Source: Octopus sinensis
Taxonomy: Eukaryota
Direction of reading: 5' to 3'
DNA length: 64,000 nucleotides
Assembly: GCF_006345805.1 (NCBI RefSeq)
Contig: NC_043001.1
Span: 85,436,001 to 85,500,000, forward strand
The translations under genes and the position numbers were made by a program. Positions 33,900 through 57,719 of the stretch are shown here, in pieces; the stretch's first letter is position 1, and every line of letters begins with the position of its first letter. Below the pieces are notes generated by a model. The model did no database searches, was not told the origin of the DNA, and was given only the letters and a program-made list of their open reading frames with translations.

Positions 33900-35192
33900 C
33901 AGGGGGGGGGGTGGAAGCAAAATTTACACTATTTTGAGGCAGGGATTGAAAGACAGTGTATGACCAATTTGTTTATTGAAAGTCATGAGAATTTATTTGC
34001 TACAAGACAAGTTACATAATAGAAAATATTTTTATTCTATGTATCCTCCTTTCTCAATAACTGCCTTCACACGCTTCCTGAAACTTGCACAGGCGTTCCT
34101 AAAATATTCGGAAGACAACTTCTCCCATTCTTCTTTAATAGTATCTTTAAGAGAGTCGACATTGCTGTGTGATGTTCTATTGGCAGCATGTTCTAAAACG
34201 CCCCAAATAGCATAATCAGAGAGTTTAGATCTGGGCTACAAGGCGGCCATAAGCATGATTTCAAAAGATTGCAAAAGTCAGATTTGCAGAAATGTTGTAT
34301 TTTTCTAGCTGTGTGGGTTGGAGCACCATCCTGTGTCCATACATAATTAACATCTGGGTAGTTTGCTTTAAGCCATGGCAAGACCTCGTATCTCAGAGTC
34401 TTGTAGTAAGTATATTAACATTGATCTTTTCATCAGCTTTGTAGAATTTTATAGTCATTTCCTTTCCATCGGAAGTCTCAACACCAAAAGCTATAACTTG
34501 AGCAAGATCTTTTGTTTTGAATATCCCCTTAACCTCAGCTGTTGATTTTGCGATAAATCTGTCATTTTTGCTGTTCAGAACAGCATCGACAGTGAAGATC
34601 TTTTCACCTGAAAAGATCGTTACAATTGAGGACTTTTTCTTGAACCATGTGATAATTCACTTGCATCTCTTCAATCTCTTTTCCTTCATAGCTGTTGTCA
34701 ACAAGGGTTTTGGTGTTCTTGTGTAAGATTTTAACCTCAAATCATATTTTACAGCATTTCTAATGGTCTTGTTGTCTAACTTAATTTAAATCGCCAGTTT
34801 TCTCATGGATTTGGTTGGATCCTTTAGTATTTTGGATTTGAGAGCTTTAATAAAATCTTTGGTACGTTTTTTGTTGATTCCTCAACTTCCAGACTTCCTC
34901 GAAATAGTTTTGCTCGTAGTCATTCTGTTCTTTACATTATAAATAGTCTTTATAGACATTCCAACTATTTTTGAAATCTCCTTTGGTGTGACGAGTGCTT
35001 TCAGAAAATCACACACTCTTTGGCTTTTGCTTTCCTAATTACTCATATGGGCAAAAGTTTCTGAAAAGGTAAGGATAATAGCACTAGGTATGAGTATGAC
35101 ATCAATATATGCTAGGTTTCAAAACAATTGACTTAGTGCCTCTTGAGAAAAAACAACTTAACGTTCATTGTAAATTTTGCTTCCCCACACTG
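33900..35192 (-). mobile_element. maT-type (DD37D) Tc1/mariner transposon, full-length pseudogene
   Basis: TA-flanked TIRs containing GGAAGCAAAATTTACA; ATG at 35046; QDGAPTH...SPDLNSL/DYAIWG gives 37-residue spacing after correcting a 1-nt deletion; in-frame stops. Confidence 0.9.
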
Positions 35193-35639
35193 TACAGACA
35201 AACATATTATGTTGTTGATGTTGAAATTCCAATGAAGGAGACTTAGATCCAGGTACGAAACCAGTTCTTTCTCTATTGGCAAGAAATCTTGAAATAAAAT
35301 TGAATAATGACGTAAATACATTCAAACATACATACATACACCATGCATTCAGAGATATATATATGTTTTTGAAATCTTATATTTGTTTATAACCTTTCGA
35401 GAGAACGCGAAATAATTATTTATTAGAATAGAGGATCTCTAAGCATATATAAAGCTCTAAATAATAGCGTGTATATATTGGATTCAAAACCCATCTGGAT
35501 AGAAAAAGGCGAGGGATGTCCTGGCATGTAAATATTGAGCTGAAAATTACTTTCCGATGGAAAAGTTGGAAGTAGCCTTATATAACGGGCTTCCATACAT
35601 TTTCCTTCAACCACACTCACTCACATTACATTAATCTAT

Positions 35640-36430
35640 CTAGATCTGTTGTAGGGGAAACCAACCTAATATTCTGCGCCGAAATCACATGGTCACAAAG
35701 CGAGCTTTCGAACCACATAGTTGAAACTGCATCCATGTCGGTCACTTGTGTGGTTGATTGTAGAGTTTAAAATATCTCTGATATTTGAAAGCGTAGGAGA
35801 TGAAACATGTGTGGATGAGTGACCGCCACATACTCATTGTGTGGCAATAGTTGTTTTGTGTTTATGAAGAGAAAAACTTTTCAAACTCGTGATTAGATGC
35901 GAAATAATCTGCGAGTGTTACGTTTAGTTAATGCCGTGCTATTCACGAGATACTTATTGATAGCAAACGCATTTTTCGGTAGCAGTCCAGGTTGAAAAGT
36001 ACCTGAGTAATCTAAGATATTTATTTGATTACTTTGGTTCCGTCCAATGTCATAGCACCTTAAGTAAGCATCTACTGATATAGCTCCGGGTCACCCAACA
36101 TCTGGCGAGGTGGTTTCAGAGACAGAAACAGAAAGAAGCCCATTGTATATATGTGTATATATTTTCATTTGTGTCCCTTATCCGCTCGCTATTCGTCTCG
36201 TCTTGAATATTATTTTGTATTATGTATATTTATTTCATTTTTGTTTATCTGTTCACTTTCTGTCGTGTTTGTTCCCTTGTTTGCTCGTTGTTTCTGATCC
36301 GCTTCTCGTCGCTGACGTCACCAACTTCGTTCCATATCACTGATAAAGGCATGAAACTGTTACGATAGATTGTATGCTAAATGAAGAGAACTTCTTTCCG
36401 TTTGTTCCGATTTTGTGTACGTCTACATAT
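35640..36430 (+). mobile_element. Possible PLE 3' region (GIY-YIG remnant plus decayed hammerhead-like end)
   Basis: VGETN at about 35650; CTGATAA-AGGCAT-GAAAC at 36340-36357. Confidence 0.3.
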
Positions 36431-37116
36431 CTTGTGGAACACACACACACAAACACACACAAAACACACACAAACACAGACATATACACATATATATGTA
36501 TATCCAGAATTTAGGGAATGGAGCACGTAAAGTTCAGGTTACATACATTTCATAACTAGTGCAACTTCGGTAGTAGTAAATTTATTTTCTATATGTACTG
36601 TATATGATACTATGGTAGTGTAAATTCAAAACAAAAAGAAAAAAATACAGTAGTTATTAAACATTCAAACCGCTTTGTGACATTTGCCCACCCTTGAGAA
36701 GATGAATTAAGTACCCACTAGAATCAGTAGAAGTATAATTAAATCGCTGGATGTTACCGTTATCTCGTTGATTTATGCATGATTTTACTGGTGCTCATAT
36801 ACAATGATAGACTAACAAAAATTTTGCTAATCTTTAATATATTTACCTCTGCACCGTTGCATATAAAACAGGAAGGAAATAGAAATATCATATGCATTCG
36901 CTAGTCTTTCTTATTTTGTAATAATAAACTATATAAGGCTCTAGAATATAATGAGAATCGAACGTACTGTAATTTTTATTATATATTCTGAAGCCAGTCG
37001 CGACAGCTCTGGTAATCAGTTTTCTCTTGAAATAAATATCAAGAGAGACATGGGGAGAGAAAGAGATGGGGAGGGAAATAAAAGGAAGAGAAAGAAGTAA
37101 ATATTTTTGTTAAATT

Positions 37117-37147
37117 TTTATTGAAATTCTAATCAAATATTTTTATT
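37117..37147 (-). other. Candidate polyadenylation signals of S-crystallin gene B
   Basis: AATAAA on the minus strand at 37147-37142 and 37122-37117, about 200-230 nt past the stop codon. Confidence 0.55.
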
Positions 37148-37345
37148 TAGACCACCCACGATACGGGTATCTAAAGTATAAAATGTAGCAGACAGCATCA
37201 GCTGTTATAAATATCATTTCTCAATAATGTTTGTAATAGTTTTAATCCATACATTTGTGGGAGATTGTTACAGATCAAAGTTGATTACAAAAAGCAAAAT
37301 AATTGTTTCCGTATGCCTTGATTAACTATTGATTCGTTTTCGGAC

Positions 37346-46828
<9,483 letters not shown>

Positions 46829-46835
46829 TTAAATC

Positions 46836-47210
46836 AACTGAATTCACAGCAAGACGGATTCGTTATCTTTCTGAAAGCTGAAATGCTTACTGAATATTCT
46901 GCAGTGACAGAGTGAGGAAAATGCTTGAAACTTCACAGATTACAATGGATTTTATAGTTCGTAAGATTACATGCGATCATTAACTTTCTGAAAAGGCCCA
47001 AGTGTCATTACAGGTGCAAATACACTGCAATCACGGCTGATTCAACTTTTAATTGCAGTAATTACAGCTGCAAGATAATAAGATAAACTTACTGGGAATT
47101 GGGTGTTTTCCGAATGCAAGCATTGCACTGCGTTTTAAATAGCCAGTAATTGCAAATTTGCATAGTCTCAGTAGTGTCTGCATTATTATTCTTCATTACA
47201 ACTTCTGCAA
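46836..47210 (-). promoter_or_regulatory. Putative promoter of S-crystallin gene B (Inr TCAGTT, GATAA at -28, AP-1/MARE-like TGAATCAGC, octamer)
   Basis: TCAGTT at 46841-46836; GATAA at 46867-46863; GCTGATTCA at 47036-47044; ATTTGCAT at 47156-47163. Confidence 0.55.
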
Positions 47211-47247
47211 AATGGTGTGATGATGCCAATATATGTAAGCGTGTATG

Positions 47248-47321
<74 letters not shown>

Positions 47322-47694
47322 GATGACGATTGACACGTGTGTATGCGGGAGCATATATTTACTCACACACACATATACAGTCATGTAGTTTTATTTGTGC
47401 TGTCGTTATGTAATTTGTGCATTGCATCTACGTGTTTTTGGTGCAGTTCCACAACTGTAAATGAACATTTTCAGGGTTATTAATCATAACAGTTTAAATA
47501 ATCTGCGCATCTGCACTTTAATAGACACACGTATGTATGTATTGGTGGGTATGTATGTGATGGCGATTATATGTAATTATGCTTAATATTAGTTTTTTTG
47601 TATTTTTTGATTAATGGCATTACAGTTTGTGCACATCATTTAGCAAAACAAATACGTATGCATGCACACACTGACACACAGACACACACATTTG

Positions 47695-47743
<49 letters not shown>

Positions 47744-47767
47744 CATGTATACAGAAAAAGTGAAGGT

Positions 47768-48085
47768 GCATGGCTAAGTGAATAGAGCGTCGATTTTACG
47801 ATCGTGAAATTGTTAGTTCGAATCCCGAACCGGGCTGCGTGTTACGTTCTTGAGCAAAACACTTTACTTCACGTTGTTCTAGTTCATTCAACTATAGAAA
47901 TGAGTTGCAACGTCACAGGTACCAAGCAGTATCGGCCTTTGCCTTTCCCTTAGATAACACTGGTGGCGTGGAGAGGGGAGGCCGGTATGCATGGGTGACC
48001 GTTGCTCTTCCATAAATAAACTTGCCCGGACTCGTGCCTGGGAGAGTACTTTTTCTAGGTGCAATCCCATGGTCAGTCATGATCG
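47768..48085 (+). mobile_element. tRNA-derived CORE-like SINE
   Basis: GTTCGAATCCC B-box and TTGAGCAAAACACTTT. Confidence 0.8.
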
Positions 48086-48139
48086 AAGAGCATGTCAGCA
48101 TATAGAAACATATATACATGTAGACTCATACACACAAAC

Positions 48140-48190
<51 letters not shown>

Positions 48191-48984
48191 TGTGTGTATT
48201 TAAGGTTCAAGCCGCTGTGGGTTCAATGTACTGGATATACACGTACGAAATATCTAAAATAGAAATAACTTTTGAACACAACTTTGTTCCTAAATTCCTA
48301 TTCGACGCTTCTAGATCTTCACACTCTGATTTTCAAAAATTGCGTTAGTGATTTTTAAGTTTATTGTCGAATGTGATGTATTATGTATTCTGTTTTGCGC
48401 GAGTTTTATATGTTATCAATGTTCATTAGTCAATAGATTTTGTGTATATTGTTCTTGTAATAGATCTTAAGTTTGGTTTATGTAATTCTAGTAGTTGTAT
48501 TTTCTAATGCATTTGATGCATTGTGTTGGTGTCCAAACCAAATTTTGTAAGAATCCTTCTTTGCTCGGATGGCATCTTGAAGTTCGTATTAAACCAAGAG
48601 TTTCCGTTAGCAGCTGTGAACAGCCTGAAACACTAAATTGCTGATCATTTGCTATCTCATTCCTTACGTTAGATGAGCGTCCAGCACATGAATGCCGAGT
48701 AACGATCCAAAAAGTATGATTGCGAATACAAGCGGACAAGATGGAATTTCTGGAGAAGAGGTACTCGACAATGTGTGTGGTTTGCAGATCAGAGAAGCTC
48801 TTCAGTTCCAGGTGTTATTTCACTGTATCGAGAGGCCACTGTTCCCGTGCTATTGACATGTGACTAGAATACTACGGAAAGGATCGCAAAACTAATTCTT
48901 CAAGGCGATCCAACTTGCAACGAACCTACGCGTAGAAGGTGTCATATTAGTCTTCGTGAGTTTGATCTATTAACACGGAAGGCG

Positions 48985-49190
48985 GTTAGCTGGCAGAAAT
49001 GGTATCACGCCGGGAAAAATGCTTAGCAGTATTTCGTCTGCCTTTGCCTCCTAAGTTCAAATTCCACCAAGGTCGACTTTGCCTTTCATCCTTTCGGGGT
49101 CGATAAATTAAGAACCAGTTTCGTACTGGGGTCGGTCTAATCGACTGGCCCCCTCCACAAAAACTTTGGGCCTTCTGCTCTGAGTAAAAA
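48985..49190 (+). mobile_element. SINE (GGCGG-head family)
   Basis: Head GGCGGTTAGCTGGCAGAA and intact core. Confidence 0.85.
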
Positions 49191-49520
49191 AAGAATATAT
49201 AAATATCTATATATTTACAATTAAATATTCATTATCTGAAAATCTTCATTCTTTGTTTTCTTTCAGTTAGCATAGCTATTAACAACAGTTAATGGCTCGA
49301 AATACGAGAGTAGCAAAACAGCCACCAACTGATGAAGGGTCGTTCTTTATGTGGTTTGGCTTGCTTTCCATCTGAGTCTTTCGTTGTTGGAAAGAATAGT
49401 TCATTTTCCATGAAATTGTACTTCGTAAATTTTTGTTGTACACGTTTCATGAAGTCCTGTGCCCACATATGCACATACATATATAGATGTAAGTATGCAC
49501 ATATATGTATGTATATATGC

Positions 49521-49608
<88 letters not shown>

Positions 49609-50279
49609 TAGTATATATATATATATTAGTATATATATCTCTATATATAAAACTGAAATGCGTTTTTACCGCTTGGATCGCTTTCAATGCCACTACGTCC
49701 GATTCGCTCCAAAATTTACAGGAACATGTAGAATGAGGTGACGATGCCCGTGGGCTACCTTAGAAATCCCTATCTTAAAAGATGTGGTTGCTAGGGGGCC
49801 ATCTTCCTCACTCACGCTATTTCCTACATTCCCCTCTTATTCCCCTTCTTTATAACTTTGACAATTCCACTCCGTTATTTAATGTAAAGTTCATCAGACG
49901 GCGTTATTTGATGTATCTGTCTGCATTCATACAGAGAAACAAATATTCCATCACCATCGCCACCGCATTCTATTGTCTACCTGTCAACGCGCCCATCGAC
50001 CAAGTACAAACAGAACACACCAACGAGCGTTTATATATGTGTGTGTGTGTGTGTTCTATATATAAATATGTATATATAATGTATATATACAAAGTGTATA
50101 TATCTGTATTTATGTATATTAAACTTTTTAATACTTTTTGATAGTTACGTAAAGGGAACTGGTTGCTTCTTTACACTTTTTGGGTGCAACTTGGGTGCGA
50201 GACAGATAATTTTTCTCTGTTAATTACGTGACCAACAGGGGTCTAACAGGGGGAAATTATGCCTAAACATGAGCGCAGC

Positions 50280-50950
50280 GCATGTGAACATCCGACGTGA
50301 TTTGAGTCGGGAGAAGAATTGAGCTGACGCAGACGTGTTGCAAAACAAGGGAGTACACGTGCAGAACAGAGGTGCATGAGTGCAATAGGGCTTGCTAGGC
50401 TGAAATACAGTGTACAGTATTGAATATGCCAGTGATTAATGCAGTAAGGCTGAGGCTTCCAGCCAGTGCTTGAGATATTATATGACTCGGTCGTACATGA
50501 ACAAAAGTGTGGCATACTGTAAGGGACAAACAACTTTCTCTATGTATGCGTGACCGACCTAGGGCCTTACAGAGATGAGTTGTGTTTACAAGGGCACATT
50601 GAGCATGGAAAACAAGCGAGAAAGGCATGTGTGGCGTATGAATGTGACAAAGATAGCATTTGTGTTTATTAACTATGTGCGTTCATGTGTGCGACAGAAG
50701 TACAAACAAGGTGTATGTGGGCAAAACAAAATACAGCGCATAGGAAAAGTCTCTCAGGGTATTTCAGACAAGATGGAATTAATTTACCAGTTCGTAGTAA
50801 AGTATATAATAGTAGTTCGTTCTGTAACAGTATGTTCGGATCACAAGTGCAGATGCCGGTTGAACACATGTCGTGTAGCGGTTGTGGCTTCAATGCTGTG
50901 CCAGGTTACATTGGTACAGAAGATCTCGCAGGTAGTGCTGTGCTGTTAAC
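50280..50950 (+). mobile_element. Decayed RTE-like LINE ORF2 C-terminal fragments
   Basis: LPVRSKVYNSS...MFGSQV resembles the RTE motif LxxKxxxYxxxVxxxMLYGxETW; fragmented. Confidence 0.4.
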
Positions 50951-51544
50951 CTCGGTGAAAATCATAACAGCGTGAAAACTAAACCTGAATGAGTGCTATG
51001 TACGTATTAGTGTTGCTGGAGATGAAGGCGACGGAGATGGAGACGACGGGAAGGTGAAGGACGACGATGGTGATGGTGACGGCAGAGAAAGGCGACGTTG
51101 AGATGAAGGCGTCGGTGGCGTTGCTGGTGTATGTTAGCGTCGTCATTGGCTGGAGCAGGAACATGACTGGCTGGTCTGGTCGTCTGTCGCTAGAACTGGA
51201 ACATAGTTGAGTAAGCTCTGTTTGGATGAAGACTGCGGCGGATTGATTGGTTCAGACTAGGTAGAAACTAGATTTTAGCTAAGTGTTCTATGGTCTATGA
51301 CCAGAACTCGGGAAACTTGGTTGAGTCTTCATCTTATAAAATGTGGCCCCAGTAGACCCAAATGAAATCGTGTTATATTAATCAAAATGTGAAAAGGGGT
51401 CTAAATGGGGCTGGAAGAGGACTAAAATTTAAAGGAGCGGGTGTTTAGCAATTCTCTGTTACATCAAGCTAAAAAATTTGCGCCAGCCTTTTAATCGTCA
51501 ATGTGTTGCCGTCCATGATGAAGAAGTTTTGAATGCTTGCCGTT

Positions 51545-51830
51545 TTTCGTGCTAGCACGGGTTAGACAGTTTGACTGGGGTCTGGGAAGCCAGGAGGCTG
51601 CACCAGACTCCAGTCTGATCTGGCAGTGTTTCTACAGCTGGATGCCCTTCCTAACGCCAACCACTCCGTGAGTGTAGAGGGTGCTGTTTTAGTGCTGCCG
51701 GCACTGGTGCCAGGAAGGCTGGCAGCGGCCACGATCGGTTGGTGCTTTTTACGTGCCACCATCACAGAAGCCAGTCAAGGCGGCGCTGCAATCCGCCACG
51801 TTCGGATGGTGCTTTTTACGTGCTGAAAGG
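51545..51830 (+). repeat. Interspersed repeat with internal GGTGCT(T)TTTACGTGC subrepeats (probable LINE 3' UTR)
   Basis: Three related GGTGCT..TTT..GTGC units at about 51680, 51742 and 51808. Confidence 0.5.
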
Positions 51831-52217
51831 AAGCAACAGAAAGTAACAACCACACTCTTACCCGCGCGTAGAGCGGGTCACCTTCAGCTAGTATATATAT
51901 ATATATTTATTTTAGTATATATATATATACAAAATGACCCCCCGTCCAATGGACGGTGCTCAGTTGTCAAACATGTGAAACAAATTTTCTTAAAACAATT
52001 TGTCCGACCGTCAAATAGGCCTCCCCTTTGAGAAACAATTATTTAACCTAATTTTGAGACACCAAAGAAAAAAGATTTCCCACGGCTTTATCGATCGCAT
52101 TCTCACCTGGAAACGATTTTTGTAATTTTTTCAAGACTTATACACGCCCTGATACCGTCGGTATCTACATATCAAATTCGAGCGCAATTGGTTGGAGGAT
52201 GCCTGAGATCTTAGAAG

Positions 52218-52256
<39 letters not shown>

Positions 52257-52268
52257 CATATATATATA

Positions 52269-53137
52269 CGAGGTCTGATCAATAAATATAGGGGCTGTTG
52301 CCATTGTAACGAATCTAAAGTACGCAGAGTAAAGCCGCTGGACGAATATTGACCTTGAACTCTGTTGTGCCTGCGCATTAAATTTTAACGTTCTAGCTCA
52401 CTTCCGCTGTTTGCAGTAGTGCTTGGAAGGAAGTTCGTAGCGTGTGGTTGTCGCATTGATCATGACAGTGAAAGTTGTCATGGTGATCCCTACTCAGGGT
52501 CGTACGTAGAGTCGCAGAAAGTGTATGGAGAGAGGTTTATCAGCCGCACACATGTGTACAAGTGTGTTAGACGTTTCCAAGATGCCCGAAAAATGTCGAT
52601 AGACCCGAAATCAGCAGAACTGGGAGAAACATCGCAGATGTGGATGCAGCTGTGTGAGGGAAATCGTCGAATCACCATCTGTGAATTATGAGGATATGAA
52701 GATTAGTTACGTTTCAGTTCAGTACATTATCACTCAAGATTTGGGTATGAGATGCATGTCTGCCAAGTTTGTGCCAAAACCACTTCCAGCTGACCAAAAT
52801 GATACTCGGTTTTCAGTTGCACAAGATTTCCTTTACTGTGTCGAGAACGAAGAAAATTACTTACGTAGGCCTTTGAGCTAATATCATCGAGCTTTTGGCA
52901 AAACTTTATGCAGACTTTCTGCTGAACTTTCTGTGTCATGGTCAGCGCGACGATCACACACTGCACACGTTCCTTCCAAGTACTACTCTAAACAGGGGAA
53001 GTAATCTAGAACGTTAAATGTTAGTGTGCATGCATGTCAGTGTTCAAGGAGACTTGTGCCGTACCAAGCAGCTTTAGTGTGCGTGCTTTAGCTTCGTTAC
53101 TATTGCAACAGTCTGGATACTTTTTGATCAGATCAAT
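52269..53137. mobile_element. Second copy of the double-5'-end mariner derivative (opposite orientation)
   Basis: TIR TA|CGAGGTCTGATCAATAA; same two arms and same internal junction as 32509-33380. Confidence 0.85.
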
Positions 53138-53256
53138 TATATATATTGTATATCAAACCCAAGCCACTAGATTTAATTTGTTTATCTGCGTAATTCTCTC
53201 TCTCTTCCTCTCTCTGTTACTCTTTATAATACATACATACACACATACATGCATGC

Positions 53257-53325
<69 letters not shown>

Positions 53326-53369
53326 GTGTGGGTGTGTGTGTGTGTGTATATACATATATATTTCTGACT

Positions 53370-53760
53370 AATTTATTAAATTGTACACTTCTCTATCCAT
53401 GATAACAAACTCTTTACAATGGTAACTTTTGCATATTTTATTTTGCCGTTTTCTTTTAAGTCGTGTTGTTCTTCAGTTTTCTTATTTAATATTTGTTGTG
53501 TTGTGGGTCTGTGGTTTTACTACATTCCTCTCGAAATTGCTCTTCAATGTTATCGTCAATGCATCAGTTGAGGTTATTATCTGTGTTGATTCTAAGACTA
53601 GAATCATTATACTTCTCTATCGGACAGCAACATACTTTGATAGAGCTTTTGTGGCTCATTATCGTGGCGAAGATGGTGTATAGGAAAATATCTATGCACA
53701 GGATTACGTATGTCTTATACTCATTAGCTGCTAGTTTCACACAAAAATAGAATTGTATAA
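53370..53760 (-). mobile_element. Possible PLE ORF N-terminal relic
   Basis: Minus-strand VIMDREVYN preceded by KIKYAK resembles the PLE ADKGxxxVIMD motif; frameshifted. Confidence 0.3.
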
Positions 53761-55835
53761 ATGGTTTTGACTTTATACAATTTTTTCCTTCATATGCGAC
53801 TTTGTAATGGAAAAAATATTTAAGATTTCTGCGTGAAAACCACTCTTTTTTATTGGCGTTTTGTACGACAGTCAAAATACGTTTCAGTTGAAATTATAAC
53901 AGAAATACACCTGGTAATATTTCTAAATAATTATTTCTAGTTTATATGTTGGAGTGCATTTAAATACATATATATTAGATTGTTATTCAGCTTCCTGCAG
54001 ATACATATTTTACGGAGTTTTGCTTCAACGGAGAGAGTGTTACCGAAGACGAGATACACCTAAATGTATTATGAAATTTGTGAGCCATTGAGAAGCCCTA
54101 AGTATTTTGTTCTTTGCTGTTTCGTTAGAGTTGAATAAATAAGTTTATACATACATATATATGTATATCTCTATCTCCCTATATAAATGTACATAGTGTT
54201 ATATCTATCCATGTATCTATCTATGTATCTGTCTCTGTTCATTACGGAGGGAGGTGGAGAAAAGGGGAATTAGAGAAGAAAGGAGGAAGAAAACAGTATT
54301 GAGGAGAGAGTCAGACACTGTTTTGTAAAGACACTGTTGTTTCGAACTAGACATATAGGACAACAGCCATATTGTATTGAGTAAAAATTGGCTGCCAAAG
54401 TTGTAGTAACAAAATACTAGCATGCTACCACTAATCAATACTAATATGACGTCTTCATATAAGAGTTTGACACCGTTATAGATACCTGTTAATAAATATA
54501 ACCTAGTTCCGAAATTCCTCAAACTTTTATAACCATTTGAAATAACAACCATGACTGCATGTTAATATGTTAAGTATTGACAATATCGGCATGGGGAAAT
54601 CAGAAATTTAATGTATATGTATATTAATTGTATATGATTGATTGTTAACACTCTGGTGCAAAAAGTAGAATTTTCATGCAGTGCAAATTGTGATCATATA
54701 AGCCTTGAAAACTATTAATGCAGATAATAAAAACCGATGGACATTATTATCTGTTCTTTAAAAATTCAACAATATCATAAGATTTGAGGCAATCAGAAAT
54801 TTCACATGATTCTACCTACAGTATCTACAGAAAAAAAATTAATTAACTATGACGTCAAAATCTTAATCAGCATACGTCATTATTGAGAAATACGGTATCG
54901 GTTATCTGTGAATATAATTGTAAACAACAATATCTAAACAAGCTCCCTTTATCGAAACTAATTTTTGTAAATGACTCGATCGGTGGAGGCTAGAAATATT
55001 CAACATTTTACAAATTTGCTACAGCTTTTTTAAAATTTCCCAAAGCGTACGAATATTTTAGCTTCGTATATATTTCTGATTTATTTAGAAATTTGAGTAC
55101 GTATTTAAGTGGATTATTATTACCTAATAACTGTTGATATACCGAAGCAAGAAGACAATCAGTAGTTATTTTATTTTATTATTTCCTTTTAATTTATGGT
55201 TACTTTATAGGTTTGACTGTTGAGAAAATGCAATGCATTATTCAAGTGAAATATATATTTTTTTCTATTAATTATCGATATATTATAGAAAATTGCATAT
55301 GATAGCCCTCTAACTGAAATCCCAAAGAGTGTGAATTAAGTTATAATTTAATCTTTTTCTTTTCGCATAGACGAAGACGGAATTTAAGATATAACTTTAA
55401 GGTGAAAAGGACAACTTTTGAACGCATCATATGACAGGGATTTTTAATCACAGGGTCGCGACCCAAATTCGGTAATTCACTAATTTTTTTAATCTTCTTT
55501 AGCTTGCGAAATAAGATCGCAATTTTATCATTTTTGAAATAAACAAAATCATTTTTAACCAGTATCATTGTTATTATATATAACTGCACGCATTCTGCAT
55601 AATAAATATACTTGCAAAACGCTCAAAGGTGTTACTATTTGAATTCTTCTAAACTAATGACACAAGATATTACACTCACAATTCTCTTACCAACAAAAGA
55701 CAAGAGCATGCACCAGATATCTTACATCTTAATCTAACATCTGTTTCTTCATGTTACATTTACTTTTGTTCAATATAAGCTCTGTCTTTTAATTTTTCAT
55801 TACCACGTAGAAAAGTTTGCAAACTTTCGTAGTTT

Positions 55836-55867
<32 letters not shown>

Positions 55868-56012
55868 GCTCTCTCTCTACACACACACCCTCACACGCGG
55901 CGCGCACACAAATATATACATATGTATGTGTGCGTCTGTGTGAGTGTGTGTGTGTAATCCAATGACAGAAAAAGACAAAGAAAATGCCTGAAGACATCAT
56001 TACTTAATTCAA

Positions 56013-56412
56013 GATGTGTTAAAGAATTCTCATTGTCTCCTTTTCGTTGGATTATCTACTCTTCGCCAAACACATATGGTGGTATAATCGCCGTAAAACG
56101 TGGATTTTCTACACCTGAAGCATTCCGGTTTATGACTTGGATCCCGAAAGTGTATTCGGATGGATTGCTTCACTGGAAATGCCCCAACATCACACACAAC
56201 CTAAACGTAGCCATTTGTTCAATACCAAATATACATTTCGTATGGGTATTTCCAGAGAAGCACTCAACCTGAATACTGGGCTATCAATACTGTTGGCATC
56301 GAAGCCACAGCCGGAATACTTCTGGTGTACAAAATACAATTTGCACGACGATTATGCGTTTGGCGAAGTGTAAATAACCCAACGAAAAGAATGCAATGAA
56401 CATTTTTAACAC
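56013..56412. mobile_element. MITE-like element with imperfect terminal inverted repeats
   Basis: TGTTAAAGAATTCTCATTG..CTTTTCGTTGG...TTCGCCAAACACATA is mirrored by TATGCGTTTGGCGAA...CCAACGAAAAG..CAATGAACATTTTTAACA; a partial extra end copy lies at about 56430-56490. Confidence 0.6.
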
Positions 56413-56726
56413 CACTTTAATTAATTAAATATGTGTTAAAGAATTTTCTTTGTCTTTAACTTTTCATTGGATTACATATTGTTGGAAACGTAATTTATTA
56501 GGTACAATAAATAGGATAACCAGACAATAGTAAAAACAATGTAACGAACTAACAAATCTGTTTAGGAAATAACAATCAATATTCCTTGTGAACAAACCAA
56601 CCGAAACCTTCTGACTTCACTGCGAACTAACACGAATTTCACCCAAGTCCGAAAATTGAACTACATATATATATGTATACGTATGTGTGTGTTTGTAGAT
56701 ATAGGTATATATGTGTGTTTGTATGC

Positions 56727-56761
<35 letters not shown>

Positions 56762-56954
56762 GGCTAGATCGCTTATCACATATGCAGCAATAAATAAGAG
56801 CACGAAAATATCGCGTTGAAAAGCCTGGAGACAGGATATGTAGGATGCCTAAGTCATTTTAGCCAAAAGTTTTTCCAAACCTACTATTCACGAGCGATTA
56901 CTTGTAGAATTATTTCACGTTCTCTCGAAGCTTATGATTTCGTATAATACCAAT

Positions 56955-56989
<35 letters not shown>

Positions 56990-57547
56990 CACACATACAG
57001 ACACACGCACACACATATATACACAAATACCCATATTGTTTATCTTTTATTGATTTCAATCATTGGATTGCAGCCACAATAGGTCATGACTTGAATAGAT
57101 TATTCGATCAATGCTACCTCGATATTTATTTTAATCTTATATATACTCTGTTGTTCTCCTATGCCGAGTGGTTAATCTATGAAGTCATAAGCAAATAAAC
57201 AAATTCTTTTCAAACAGTGAGGTGTAAACACAAAGACACACACACACACATATGTGCATACACAGATATATAATGGTAATGTCAAATAAATTGCTATGGT
57301 TATTGGTATTTTTATGGTGATTGGCTCTGCACCAGAAATTATCCTCAAACGAAATAAGGAATTTGCGAGCATTAAGGATTATGTAAATTTCTAATCCGAT
57401 ATAGTTAGTTAGATTCCTAGCTAGAAGGAGAGCTTGATTAAGAAGGTTTGGGGGAAATAGAGTAATAATGATTATTTATATTGAATTGTATGTAAGAATA
57501 AGTGTTTCTGTTGTTTAAGAAATGGAATCATATTATAACTTCACTGG

Positions 57548-57719
<172 letters not shown>

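Noticed and set aside
36334-36368. CTGATAA-AGGCAT-GAAAC-TGTTAC as a functional hammerhead
   Set aside because: G8 is mutated, stem II does not pair and the stem III loop is too short; at most a relic.
56137-56373. ORFs 56033-56272 and 56137-56373 as host genes
   Set aside because: They are short, have no recognisable domain and lie inside an inverted-repeat-bounded element.
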